A stretch of DNA of 57,723 bases from Candidatus Iainarchaeum sp. (GTDB lineage Archaea; Iainarchaeota; Iainarchaeia; Iainarchaeales; JAZDDZ01). Positions 27,804-37,615 of this stretch are shown piece after piece. The translations under genes and the position numbers were made by a program. Position 1 is the first letter of the stretch. Each line of letters starts with the position of its first letter. The notes beneath the pieces are model-generated. The model was not told the origin of the DNA. It was given only the letters and a program-made list of their open reading frames with translations, and did no database searches. Where the stretch lies: the NCBI GenBank assembly GCA_043809245.1, contig JAZDDZ010000004.1:1-57723 (forward strand), given 5' to 3'.

Positions 27804-27816
27804 GGAAAGTGGTTTT

Positions 27817-28149
27817 TTGAGCAGAAGGGAAGAGGAAGAAGCTGAACAGAAACGATTACAGGAGATTAGGTACATTAAGCTGCCGAAAAGGGAAAACCTT
27901 GAAATGTTCGGAACCGTTACGCAATTGCACGGCACAAACCAGATCCGCGTGATGTGCGAGGACAAGCAGGAAAGAATGTGCAGAATCCCGGGAAAAATGA
28001 AGAAAAGGGTTTGGATTAGAGAGAATGACGTTGTAATTGTAAGGCTCTGGGATTTCCAGCCAATAAAAGCCGACATTGTTTGGCGCTTCACTGGAATTCA
28101 GTCAGAGCACCTGAGAAAAAAAGGCTATTTGGACAAATTGCTGCAATGA
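27817..28149 (+). CDS. eif1a: Translation initiation factor aIF1A
   Basis: CRIPGKMKKRVWIRENDVVIV..WDFQ..KADIVWR. Confidence 0.96.
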   Translation: MSRREEEEAEQKRLQEIRYIKLPKRENLEMFGTVTQLHGTNQIRVMCEDKQERMCRIPGKMKKRVWIRENDVVIVRLWDFQPIKADIVWRFTGIQSEHLRKKGYLDKLLQ

Positions 28150-28157
28150 AAAAAGAT

Positions 28158-28865
28158 TCACATTGGCTGTTCAACGTAATGGCTTCTGAATTCATTCCAT
28201 CTTTTTTCAACCAATTGTTTAACAAATGCTTCAATTTCTTTTTCCCTTTCCGCGCTAATCCTGCTTGCCCCGTGGCCAGGCAGCTTGACGCTGTGGCCCC
28301 TTAGAAAAGCAGTGATTTCTTTGGCTTCGGTTTCACGCGAGAATGCTTCAACTATTTTCTGGGGCGTTAATCTCGTGCCTAGGCTTAAAAAATTTTTTAT
28401 CTGGACAAGGTTGAACAAGGGCCTGTTGCTTTCAGTTTCTTCTTCTTTAAGTATTTTTTCAATTGCTTTCATTCTTTTTTCAGGGTCTTTTTCCTGCAGG
28501 ACATGCTCTTGAAACAATTCATTCAAGTCATCCAGAAATCCCTTCCTTTGGTCGTTAAGGGATTTAATTAAGCCAATGCATTGCCCCCCGACTTCTTTGC
28601 TTGCAGCAGCCCTCCATTCAGGGCTTCCTTTGCCTAGTTCGCACATTCCTGCAAGAGAAAACAGCTCTGATTCGGGTTCGCTTAATGCTTTGCGCGCAAG
28701 CCTCGCGCAAGCCAAGGAGTTGCCTGCATACTTTTTTATCAGGGCTTCAGCGTTAAAATTAAGCGCAGCATTCTCGCGCGCAATCCTGTGAAGCCTGCGC
28801 ACGCCAACCCACGCTCTTTTCAATCTTCTTGCAATGCTTTTTGACACAATGGCTTTCAGCGGCAT
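28158..28865 (-). CDS. Orphan helical protein with basic N-terminus
   Basis: 235-aa ORF inserted antisense between eIF1A and RIO1. Confidence 0.65.
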   Translation of the reverse strand: MPLKAIVSKSIARRLKRAWVGVRRLHRIARENAALNFNAEALIKKYAGNSLACARLARKALSEPESELFSLAGMCELGKGSPEWRAAASKEVGGQCIGLIKSLNDQRKGFLDDLNELFQEHVLQEKDPEKRMKAIEKILKEEETESNRPLFNLVQIKNFLSLGTRLTPQKIVEAFSRETEAKEITAFLRGHSVKLPGHGASRISAEREKEIEAFVKQLVEKRWNEFRSHYVEQPM

Positions 28866-28917
28866 AACAAAAAAAACCCAGCCAAAGTGATTAAAACCGT
28901 TTCTGCGAACTGCGGCA

Positions 28918-29229
28918 TCAAGCTATTTCTATTCCTTCCATTAATGCCTTGCGGATTATCCCTGTCTTTTTCTTTTCCTTGAATTCTTCAGGCGTATAGC
29001 ATAATGGTTCAATGAATTCCTTTTTATTCCATAAGCCGTGAACTTCAGCCATGCGTTCGTCAAACCTTTTTCCCTTGAAGTCGTTTGATACAACAATGAA
29101 GTCGTAGTCGCTGTGAATGAAGTTGTCTCCGCGTGCCCTGCTGCCGAACAAAACAAGCCTTTCAAGCCGGTATTTTTGCTTAAGCTTTTTGGCAATCCAT
29201 TTAACCGTTTTTCTGGTTTCTTTATCCAT
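28918..29229 (-). CDS. Minimal nucleotidyltransferase (MNT)
   Basis: LFGSRARG...SDYD. Confidence 0.92.
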   Translation of the reverse strand: MDKETRKTVKWIAKKLKQKYRLERLVLFGSRARGDNFIHSDYDFIVVSNDFKGKRFDERMAEVHGLWNKKEFIEPLCYTPEEFKEKKKTGIIRKALMEGIEIA

Positions 29230-29284
29230 AAATTAATCAATTAATGCACAAAGCAATTAAAACTGTTTTCAGGTCAGTTATTGT

Positions 29285-30052
29285 ATGCACAAGCGCGAAG
29301 AGGATACCCTGAGGAATTACATCCGCGAGGAATCAGTCCGGAAAATTTTTGCAAAGGTATTTGACGACCACGCGGTTCAGGCAATCCATTCGCTTGCATC
29401 AAAGGGATTGTTTGATGTAGTTGAATTCATTGTGAGCACTGGAAAAGAAGCGCATGTGTTCAGGGCAAGGGATACGAGTGGAAATTTTCGCGCTGTGAAG
29501 ATTTACAAAATCAGCACCTCGGATTTCAGGAACATGAACAAGTACATTGAAGGGGATGAAAGGTTCAAGGCAATAAAGCGCGACAAGAAAAGCGTTGTAT
29601 TCGCCTGGACACAAAAAGAATTCAAAAACCTTGAAGTTGCAGTGAAAGCTGGCGTGAGGGTTCCAATGCCTGCCGGCTTCAAGGACAACGTATTGGTTAT
29701 GGAGTTCATTGGAGAAAAAGGCGTGGCAGCGAAAACCCTGAAAGAAGTGGGATTGAAGAATTCCCTTTTCACTCCAGAGGAAGCGTACGAAATTTTCATT
29801 GAATGGATGGCAAAGCTTTACAAGGCGAATTTGATTCACGCTGATTTGTCGGAATACAATGTTTTGGTGAACGGAGAAGAACTGGTTTTGATTGACATCG
29901 GGCAGGCTGTATTGCGCTCGCATCCAAATGCAAGGGAATTCTTTGAAAGGGACGTGAAAAACGTGGCGATTTATTTTTCAAAAAACGGCCTGGAGAAAAG
30001 CGCGGAAGAGGTTTACGCGGACGTGAAAAAGGCGATTGGAGAAAAGGCGTGA
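29285..30052 (+). CDS. rio1: RIO1 serine/threonine kinase
   Basis: STGKEA.V, AVKIY, W..KEF.NL, HADLSEYN, IDIGQ. Confidence 0.96.
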   Translation: MHKREEDTLRNYIREESVRKIFAKVFDDHAVQAIHSLASKGLFDVVEFIVSTGKEAHVFRARDTSGNFRAVKIYKISTSDFRNMNKYIEGDERFKAIKRDKKSVVFAWTQKEFKNLEVAVKAGVRVPMPAGFKDNVLVMEFIGEKGVAAKTLKEVGLKNSLFTPEEAYEIFIEWMAKLYKANLIHADLSEYNVLVNGEELVLIDIGQAVLRSHPNAREFFERDVKNVAIYFSKNGLEKSAEEVYADVKKAIGEKA

Positions 30053-30058
30053 TTGTGT

Positions 30059-30466
30059 TTATTTGTCGGTTTTTCGCCTTTGATGGTCTGGATTGCTACC
30101 TCTTCTTTCGGTTATCGCCTTTGTGGGCGGAGCCCAAGGGCTCCCATAGTCTCTTTGTGTTATTTTAATTTTTTTTCCTTCAAAAGTGCGCGTCGCTTCT
30201 CCCCTTGGATTACTGCCAACCAGCTTATCATACAACTTAAGCCTTCCGCCAAGAACATCACCGCCGGAATGACCTACTTCAAACGCCACCATTCTTCTCT
30301 CACCTGTTTTTCTTCGGTCGCCTTGTTGCACCCTAGCTTCTCCATGAACCATTGGACTAGGATCAAATAATTCCCCTCTTTTAGCGCGCCTGTTAAAAGT
30401 GCCTGAATTAACGCGCTGATTAGAATTGCCTGAACCGCGCCTTTTCAAACCGCCTGAACCTGCCAT
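30059..30466 (-). CDS. Orphan basic (R/G-rich) protein
   Basis: ORF preceded by AGGTGG SD; antisense insert between rio1 and the KH gene. Confidence 0.55.
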   Translation of the reverse strand: MAGSGGLKRRGSGNSNQRVNSGTFNRRAKRGELFDPSPMVHGEARVQQGDRRKTGERRMVAFEVGHSGGDVLGGRLKLYDKLVGSNPRGEATRTFEGKKIKITQRDYGSPWAPPTKAITERRGSNPDHQRRKTDK

Positions 30467-30706
30467 TAAAACCACCTAAAGTAAAAGGGAAAAGGCTCTT
30501 AAAAACCTTTCGCACTTGAGTTGATTAGCCTTTAAAGCGTTTTGAACGGTTGAAGAATTTAAGCCAAAAATGGCAGTTTATTCTTTTGTTCCAAGCGCTT
30601 TTGTTTTCCTTGCAGTTTAACCGTTAAACCGCGGGAAAGCAATATAAATTATATATATTATATATATTATAGGCGGGTTTTTTCGGCTTAAGGCGAGTGG
30701 TTTTGC

Positions 30707-31234
30707 TTGTTAACTGAATTGGTGAAGGTTCCAGCCGAGAGAATAGCGGTTTTAATCGGCAAAAAAGGCGAAACAAAAAGGGAACTGGAGCAGAAAACCA
30801 AGGCCCGAATTGACGTGGATTCGGAGAGCGGGGAAGTAGAGGTTTCAGGCAAAAACGCAGAGGGAGTCGTGAAAGCGGAAAGCGTTGTCAAGGCAATTGC
30901 AAGGGGCTTTTCCCCTGAAAAGGCATTCATGCTTTTGAAGGAAGATTTTTTCCTTGAAATAATTGATTTGGCTGAAGAGCTTGGAAAAAAAGGAAAAAGG
31001 CTTGAATCAAAAAAAGGAAGGGTCATAGGCAGGCACGGCTTGTTCCGCGAGGAAATTGAAAAGAAAACAAAGGCGTTTGTCTCGGTTTACGGGAAAACAA
31101 TCTGCCTGATTGGAACAGAGGGGGAAATTGGAAAAGCCTTGAGGGCGGTTGAAATGCTTTTGGAGGGCGCAAAGCATAAATCCGTTAAAAAGTTTTTGGA
31201 TAAAAAAGAAAAAAGAGAAATTTTTGAAATTTAG
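30707..31234 (+). CDS. KH-domain ribosome-biogenesis protein (Dim2/Pno1/Krr1-like)
   Basis: RIAVLIGKKG, AIARGFSPE, KGRVIGRHG, MLLEG..H. Confidence 0.93.
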   Translation: MLTELVKVPAERIAVLIGKKGETKRELEQKTKARIDVDSESGEVEVSGKNAEGVVKAESVVKAIARGFSPEKAFMLLKEDFFLEIIDLAEELGKKGKRLESKKGRVIGRHGLFREEIEKKTKAFVSVYGKTICLIGTEGEIGKALRAVEMLLEGAKHKSVKKFLDKKEKREIFEI

Positions 31235-31249
31235 TGAATGGTGGAATTG

Positions 31250-33004
31250 ATGGCTGAAGAGGAAAAAAAGGAGCAGAAGGCACCGACTTCAATTATTGCA
31301 GCGGAAGAACTCGCAAAGGAATTCCGCGAACACTCTGTTGCGGAGTTCTTCAAGAAAAACAAGCAGATGCTTGGCTTGAGCGGAAAAATAAAGACGCTTA
31401 CGACGATTGTGCATGAATATTGTTCCAATAGTCTCGATGCCTGCGAGGAAGCAAAGATTTTGCCAGAGATTGAAGTGAAGCTGACTGAATTGGGAGATGA
31501 ATATTACGAAGTGTATGTGAAGGACAACGGCCCTGGGCTGACAAGGGACACAATTGGAAAGGCATTGGGGCAGTTGCTTGCGGGAACAAAATTCCATAGA
31601 TTGATTCAGCAGAGGGGGCAGCAGGGAATTGGCGCCGCGGGAGTGACAATGCTAAGCCAGACCACGACTGGAAAGCCAGTGAAAGTAATCACTGGCACTG
31701 GAAAGGGAAAAACGATTTCATGCGAGATAGCGGTTGAGCCGAAAAAAAACGAAGCAAAAATAATGAATTTGGAGGAGCTTGACAGGAGCTTCAGGGGCCT
31801 TGCAATAAAGGCAATGTTCAAGGACGTAAAGTACCAGCGCTCAGACCAGGGCGCAATGGAGTACCTCAGGAGGACAGCGATTGCAAACCCGCATGCAAAA
31901 ATAACTTTCACTGAACCAACAGGGGAAACAGTTGTATTTGAGAGAAGCAGCAAGGTGATTCCCGCAAGGCCGATTGCAATCAGCCCGCATCCCAAAGGCG
32001 TTTCAGTTGACGAAGCAATCACGATGGCAAAGCACACTCAGGCAAGAAAGCTTTCGTCTTTCCTTAAAACAGAGTTTGACAGGATGGGAGACAAGGCAGT
32101 TGAAGAGATTGCAAAGGAAACGCAATTGGACATGAATTTGGACCCAAAAAAGCTTGAATGGGAGCAGGTTGAAAGGATTGTAAAGCAGTTCAAGAAAATG
32201 ACTTTCATTGCGCCGAGGCTTGACGGGTTAAGGGCGATAGGCGAGGAAAGAATCAAGGTTTCAATCAAAAGCATTGTTGAGCCGGAATTATTGGAGGTTG
32301 TCACCAGAAAACCCGCAGTATACCACGGCGGCTTTCCATTCCAGGTGGAAGTTGGAGTTGCATTCGGCGGAAACGCCGGAAAGGCAATGGGAAAAGACGA
32401 AGAGGGAAACAGCGTTAAAAAAATGGAGTTAATGAGGTTTGCCAACCGCGTTCCCTTGCTGTTTGATTCAGGGGGCTGCGCCTTGACTAAAGCGGTTCAG
32501 TCAATTGACTGGAAGAGGTATGGAATAAAGGACTTGGATAACGCGCCCCTTACGCTTTTCGTTCACTTGCTTTCAGTGCATATCCCTTACACTGGCGCGG
32601 GAAAGCAGGCTGTAAGCGACGAGGATGAAATCATTGAGGAACTGCGCCTCGCGTTAATGGACGCGGGAAGGAAAATTTACAGGTTCATCGGCCACAGGAG
32701 AAGGGAAGCGGAAAAACAGGAGAAAAGAAAGCTTTACTACAAGTACGCCACTGAAATCGCGCTGGCGGTTGCAAAGCTGACAGGGCACAAAAAGGATGAC
32801 GTTGAAAAAAAGCTTCACGCAATTGTCTTAAAGCATTTGAAGCTAGAGGAAAAAAAGGACGCAGCGGAAGCGGAGAAAATGGATAACATTTCAGAGGAAG
32901 AAATTGAAAAAAATTACAAGAAACGCCTTGAAAAGGAAAAAAAAGAGGAGAAAAAGGGAAAGAAAAAGAAAACAGTGAAAGCTGCAGGCGGGGAAGGTGA
33001 GTAA
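31250..33004 (+). CDS. top6B: DNA topoisomerase VI subunit B
   Basis: SVAEFF.KN, NSLDACE, DNGPG, RGQQGIG, RFANRVPLL. Confidence 0.97.
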   Translation: MAEEEKKEQKAPTSIIAAEELAKEFREHSVAEFFKKNKQMLGLSGKIKTLTTIVHEYCSNSLDACEEAKILPEIEVKLTELGDEYYEVYVKDNGPGLTRDTIGKALGQLLAGTKFHRLIQQRGQQGIGAAGVTMLSQTTTGKPVKVITGTGKGKTISCEIAVEPKKNEAKIMNLEELDRSFRGLAIKAMFKDVKYQRSDQGAMEYLRRTAIANPHAKITFTEPTGETVVFERSSKVIPARPIAISPHPKGVSVDEAITMAKHTQARKLSSFLKTEFDRMGDKAVEEIAKETQLDMNLDPKKLEWEQVERIVKQFKKMTFIAPRLDGLRAIGEERIKVSIKSIVEPELLEVVTRKPAVYHGGFPFQVEVGVAFGGNAGKAMGKDEEGNSVKKMELMRFANRVPLLFDSGGCALTKAVQSIDWKRYGIKDLDNAPLTLFVHLLSVHIPYTGAGKQAVSDEDEIIEELRLALMDAGRKIYRFIGHRRREAEKQEKRKLYYKYATEIALAVAKLTGHKKDDVEKKLHAIVLKHLKLEEKKDAAEAEKMDNISEEEIEKNYKKRLEKEKKEEKKGKKKKTVKAAGGEGE

Positions 33005-33006
33005 GG

Positions 33007-34131
33007 ATGGCTGCGAAAAAGGAAAAAAGCAAGGCGAAAGTGGTTTCCGACAAGGAAGTCATTGAAAAGCTCGAGGGCGTTGGAAAGCAGATACTCAAGC
33101 AGATAGAGAAAGGGCAGAACCCGAATTACGCTTTGCCTGTGAGGACATTGAACAACATTTACTTTGACCAGAAATCAAGGACAATCAAGTTGGGTGACAA
33201 GATGTCGGAGCGAACTTTCCTAAATGTAGCGCATGCAAGGAAGTTCATGCAGACCATGCTTGTGGCTTCGGAGATAAAGGAAGTCATAGAGCAAAAAGCG
33301 ACTGTCTCCATCCGTGACCTTTACTATGCGTTAAAGCACACTATTGCGGGAACAAACGAGAACACTTTTGAAAATCAGTCAGAGTCAGATCCCTTGATTG
33401 AGGACATTGAATCTTCGCTGGATTTATTGCGCGAAGAACTGCACCTTGCTGCAAGCGCGAAGGGAATAATCGCGGGGGACATGAAGCTAAAGGACGGAAA
33501 GGACTTGATTGATTTGAATAAAATGGGTTCAGGGGGATGGAGTGTTCCCTCAAATGTTGAGCCGAGCCAGATTGAAATAAAGGACATAAACGCGGAATAC
33601 ATTTTGTTCATTGAAAAGGACGCGGTTTGGAGAAGGTTTAACGAGGACAGGTTCTGGCAGAAAAACGACTGCATTATCATAACCGGTAGAGGCCAGGCTG
33701 CACGAGGCGAAAGGCGCATGGTGCAGAGGCTGAACAAGGAGTATGGCTTGCCGGTTTTCGCTTTAATGGATGCAGACCCATGGGGAATGTACATTTACTC
33801 AGTGATAAAGCAGGGGTCAATTTCGCTTTCTTATTCCGAGGAAAAACTGGCAACTCCTGAAACAAAATACATTGGGCTTACGACCAAGGATGTGGAGAAA
33901 TTCAAGATTCCAAAAGAGGTCACAATCAAATTGAACGCGCTTGACGTAAAGCGCCTGAATGAAATGAAGAACTACGAGTGGTTCAAGAAAAAGGAATGGC
34001 AGGAAGAATTCAGCAACATGAAGGAAAAAGGCTACAAGCTTGAATTGGAAGCGCTTTCAAAGAAAGGAATCAGGTTCATCACCGAAACGTATCTGCCTGA
34101 GAAAATCAAAAGCAAGGATTTTTTGCCGTAA
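33007..34131 (+). CDS. top6A: DNA topoisomerase VI subunit A
   Basis: RDLYY, IEKDA, DADPWG, ELEAL. Confidence 0.97.
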   Translation: MAAKKEKSKAKVVSDKEVIEKLEGVGKQILKQIEKGQNPNYALPVRTLNNIYFDQKSRTIKLGDKMSERTFLNVAHARKFMQTMLVASEIKEVIEQKATVSIRDLYYALKHTIAGTNENTFENQSESDPLIEDIESSLDLLREELHLAASAKGIIAGDMKLKDGKDLIDLNKMGSGGWSVPSNVEPSQIEIKDINAEYILFIEKDAVWRRFNEDRFWQKNDCIIITGRGQAARGERRMVQRLNKEYGLPVFALMDADPWGMYIYSVIKQGSISLSYSEEKLATPETKYIGLTTKDVEKFKIPKEVTIKLNALDVKRLNEMKNYEWFKKKEWQEEFSNMKEKGYKLELEALSKKGIRFITETYLPEKIKSKDFLP

Positions 34132-34140
34132 GCTAAAATT

Positions 34141-34929
34141 TCACCATTCTGCTTCAATGGTTTTTTTCATTTTGGCAAGGGATTCCATTGAAACAAGTTC
34201 CAGGCTTATCGGCGTTATGGAAATTTTTCCTTCAGCCAATGCTTTCAGGTCAGTGCCTTCCATTAAATTCCTGAAGTCAAGGAGGGGCCTTGAGTGCACG
34301 AATTTTCCGCCTTTTTTCTCAAATAATTTGCCGTAAGGCTCCCTGAACGGAATTGTTATTGCAAAATCAGAATCAACTGTTGCCTCAAAAGGAATGTTCA
34401 CTGAAAGCAAATCAACGCCTTCGCCAAAATCCTTTTCTACAAATATTTTTACAAGCCTTGAAGTGATTTCCGCGGCATTCTTGAAAATTGAAATATTTTC
34501 TTTGCCAAAAAAATCAATGCCCCTTTTATCATCAGGAATATAAAGTGAGGAAGCGATTGCCTTCACGCCGCCAATTGATGCCTCCATTGCCGCTCCGATA
34601 GTGCCGGAGCTTAAAATTCTTGCATGCCCGACGTTTTCGCCGGGATTTATTCCCGAAACAACCAGTTTTGGTTTTCTGTTCATGACATCATACAAGCCTA
34701 TTTGAACGCAGTCCGCGGGAGAGCCATTTACTGTGAATGCATCAAATCCATTTATTTTTGTTTTATTTAACGACAACGGCTGCCCCTTTGAAATTGATTT
34801 TCCAATCCAGCTTTTCTCAGTTTCAGGGGCAACAGCTGCAACTGAAAAATCCTTGGATAATTCTTTAAGCAATGCAAGAAAACCGATCGCATTAAAACCG
34901 TCGTCGTTTGTCAGCAATATGTCCGCCAT
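34141..34929 (-). CDS. surE: 5'/3'-nucleotidase SurE
   Basis: ILLTNDDG, GSPADCV, VSGINPG.N, SGTIGAA.E. Confidence 0.95.
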   Translation of the reverse strand: MADILLTNDDGFNAIGFLALLKELSKDFSVAAVAPETEKSWIGKSISKGQPLSLNKTKINGFDAFTVNGSPADCVQIGLYDVMNRKPKLVVSGINPGENVGHARILSSGTIGAAMEASIGGVKAIASSLYIPDDKRGIDFFGKENISIFKNAAEITSRLVKIFVEKDFGEGVDLLSVNIPFEATVDSDFAITIPFREPYGKLFEKKGGKFVHSRPLLDFRNLMEGTDLKALAEGKISITPISLELVSMESLAKMKKTIEAEW

Positions 34930-35001
34930 ACCGTTACATTTCCCCATATACTCACAGCGCAAAATTATTAATATCCTTATTCCCTTTATTTATTGGTTTA
35001 A

Positions 35002-36369
35002 ATGAAGGAACTTGATTTCTTTTTCTATCCTAAAACCGTTGCCGTAATCGGCGCGTCAAGGGAGCCGGGAAAGGTAGGGCATGCAATAATGCAGAACTTT
35101 ACCTCGGAAAAATTCGAAGGAAAAGTTTTTCCCGTGAACCCTAAAGCCGAGGAAATAATGGGATTCAAGGCGCATTCGTCAATCGCGAAAATAAAGGAAA
35201 GGATTGATTTGGCTGTAATCTGCACTCCTTCCGCAACAGTGCCAAAGGTTTTCCTTGAATGCTGCAAGAAAAAAGTGCCTGCAGTTATAATCATTAGCGC
35301 TGGCTTTGAAGAAATAGGCAACAAGGAATTGACGAACTCTTTGCGCGCGCTGATAAAAAAATACCCAAAAACAAGGGTTGTGGGGCCTAATTGCCTTGGA
35401 ACGCTTAACTGCGCGAACGGAGTGGACACTTTGTTCCTTCCGCAGTACAGGCTTGAAAGGCCTGAAGCAGGAGTTGTTTCATTTATCTCCCAAAGCGGGG
35501 CACTTGGAAGCGCTGTTCTGGATTGGAGTTCAATGAACGAGTACGGAATAGCAAAATTTGCCTCTTATGGGAACGCAATGGATGTGGATGAAAGTGATTT
35601 GCTTGAATACCTTGCAAATGACCTTCAGACAAAAGTCATTGTAATGTACATTGAAGGCGTGAAAAACGGGAAAAAGTTTTTTGAAACCGCCAAAAAGTAC
35701 GCGAAAAAAAAGCCGATAATTGTGTTGAAAGGCGGTACAACAGAGGCGGGCACAAAGGCCGTTGCATCCCATACAGGCTCAATGGCCGGAAGCATGGCTG
35801 CCTATGACGCGGTTTTTAAGCAGACTGGGCTGATTAAAGCGAATAATTTGCTTGAATTGTTTGATTATGCAAGGGTGCTTTCACGCTTGCCTCCAGCTAA
35901 GGGCAAAAGAGTGCAGATAATCACTGACGGGGGAGGCTATGGGGTTGTTACAGCAGACGAAGTCATAAATCACGGCCTTGAATTGGCGAAAATGAGTGAA
36001 AAAAGCATTGCAGAGATACGGAAAGTGGTACCGCCCTATGTCATCCTTAGAAACCCCATGGACCTCACAGGGGACGCGAACAACGAAAGGTATCAGGTGG
36101 CGGTGGAGGCTGCATTGAAAGACAAGAACGTTGACATGGTGATAGCAATTGTCTTATACCAGGTGCCCTCGCTTGACTCTGACGTAGTTGAAACCATCAG
36201 GGCATTAAATGAGAAAAGCTCCAAGCCAATGATTGTCATTTCCGTTGGCGGGGCATACAGTGAAGTGCACAAGCGCGCGCTGGAACGCGAAGGGGTTGTG
36301 AATTTCTCGTACCCTGATGATGCGGTGAAGGCGCTAAAAGCGCTGGTGGAGTTTTACGCGGAAAAGTAG
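35002..36369 (+). CDS. acdA: ADP-forming acetate/acyl-CoA ligase alpha subunit
   Basis: VAVIGAS, GPNCLG, SQSGALG, SHTGSMAG, NPMDLTGD. Confidence 0.93.
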   Translation: MKELDFFFYPKTVAVIGASREPGKVGHAIMQNFTSEKFEGKVFPVNPKAEEIMGFKAHSSIAKIKERIDLAVICTPSATVPKVFLECCKKKVPAVIIISAGFEEIGNKELTNSLRALIKKYPKTRVVGPNCLGTLNCANGVDTLFLPQYRLERPEAGVVSFISQSGALGSAVLDWSSMNEYGIAKFASYGNAMDVDESDLLEYLANDLQTKVIVMYIEGVKNGKKFFETAKKYAKKKPIIVLKGGTTEAGTKAVASHTGSMAGSMAAYDAVFKQTGLIKANNLLELFDYARVLSRLPPAKGKRVQIITDGGGYGVVTADEVINHGLELAKMSEKSIAEIRKVVPPYVILRNPMDLTGDANNERYQVAVEAALKDKNVDMVIAIVLYQVPSLDSDVVETIRALNEKSSKPMIVISVGGAYSEVHKRALEREGVVNFSYPDDAVKALKALVEFYAEK

Positions 36370-37614
36370 TTATTTTTTTGCTTCTGGGTTTTCCATCAGC
36401 GCAACAACCTCGTCCACTTTCCCTTCCGCCAATAAGTCGAATACTTTTTTTGCGTCAAAGGAATTGTTAAACTGCGTTTCCTCCAAGTTCTTTTCAAGGA
36501 TCTGGTAGCCAAGCGCAATGACTGATTGTTTTTCTTTCTGCATCTCCCTTAACTCGGAGATTTTTTTCTTGAAAGCCTCGGCTGAAAAATCCTTTGAAAT
36601 GGAGAGAATTGCTTTGCCTTTGAATTCCTCCTCTATTTCAGCAATTGAAAGGTCAGCGGGATTAAATCCTTTTGCAAGCGAACCGGAAAGGTTCAGGCGG
36701 ATTAGCGGCAAAAGCCCGTGTTTTTCGCTTAAATCATCGTAAACCTGCCTCAACAGTTTTTCCTTTACCTCTTCAATGGATGCGCCCTCGAATTTAATTT
36801 TGTGGTAGAACAGCTTTCTTTGCTTTGGCAAAGGATGGAAAGAAAGTTTTTTCTCCGCGGAATCAAAAATGTAAATTCCTTTCGGTTTTTCGCCTTCAAG
36901 GCGCTTCATCTGCGTAATAATAGTGGAGCCGGGCAGCAAAAACTTTGAGCCGTTGACTTCCTGCTCGTTGCACCAATGGAGATGCCCATTTACAACCAAA
37001 TCGAACCCCTTTGGCAAATCGCTTAGGGAAATTGACGCAATCATTTCGTCATCAAACGGCAAAAATTCCTTTATTGACTGGTGCATTACGAAAATATTGC
37101 ACACATCGGCTAAAGGCCGGGGGTTGAATTTGTTAAGGACATCTAGCGCATTTTTTTCAGGAACCCCGCCCAAGCCGTGGACAGCAACTTCCTCTGCTCC
37201 GTTGCTCAACAGGGCATGCGCACCGTGAAGGTAAACAAGAAAGCCAGATTCCTCAAACAACTGCAATACATTTGCGTAATCTTTTCCCCTGAATTCATGC
37301 GTGCCGTGAATCGCAATCAAGGGAATGCCCTGCGCTTCAACTTTTTTTCTCTCGCCTTTGCGTGAAACCTTTTCAATGGAAAGCATTTGCTTTGGCTCCG
37401 CATTCCTCAGTTTTGAGAAAACCTGGAATGCCTTGAGCAAAACTTCCTGTGATGGCACGGTTTCGTCAAAGACATCGCCCGCGAGAATAACAGCGTCAGC
37501 GTTTTCCTTCAGCGCAAGGGCTATTGCCTGCTCGGCGTTCTCAAAGCACTCGCTTTCCCGCGCGGTTCCCTCGCCGAAGCCAAAATGCGTGTCTGAAATG
37601 ATTGCAATGCGCAT
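36370..37614 (-). CDS. mre11: Mre11/SbcD-family DNA repair nuclease
   Basis: SDTHFG, AGDVFD, HGTHE, MHQ, GHLH, PGS. Confidence 0.88.
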   Translation of the reverse strand: MRIAIISDTHFGFGEGTARESECFENAEQAIALALKENADAVILAGDVFDETVPSQEVLLKAFQVFSKLRNAEPKQMLSIEKVSRKGERKKVEAQGIPLIAIHGTHEFRGKDYANVLQLFEESGFLVYLHGAHALLSNGAEEVAVHGLGGVPEKNALDVLNKFNPRPLADVCNIFVMHQSIKEFLPFDDEMIASISLSDLPKGFDLVVNGHLHWCNEQEVNGSKFLLPGSTIITQMKRLEGEKPKGIYIFDSAEKKLSFHPLPKQRKLFYHKIKFEGASIEEVKEKLLRQVYDDLSEKHGLLPLIRLNLSGSLAKGFNPADLSIAEIEEEFKGKAILSISKDFSAEAFKKKISELREMQKEKQSVIALGYQILEKNLEETQFNNSFDAKKVFDLLAEGKVDEVVALMENPEAKK

Positions 37615-37615
37615 C

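Noticed and set aside
30642-30671. TTATATATA tandem AT repeat
   Set aside because: Most simply a TATA-rich promoter region for the KH-top6 operon
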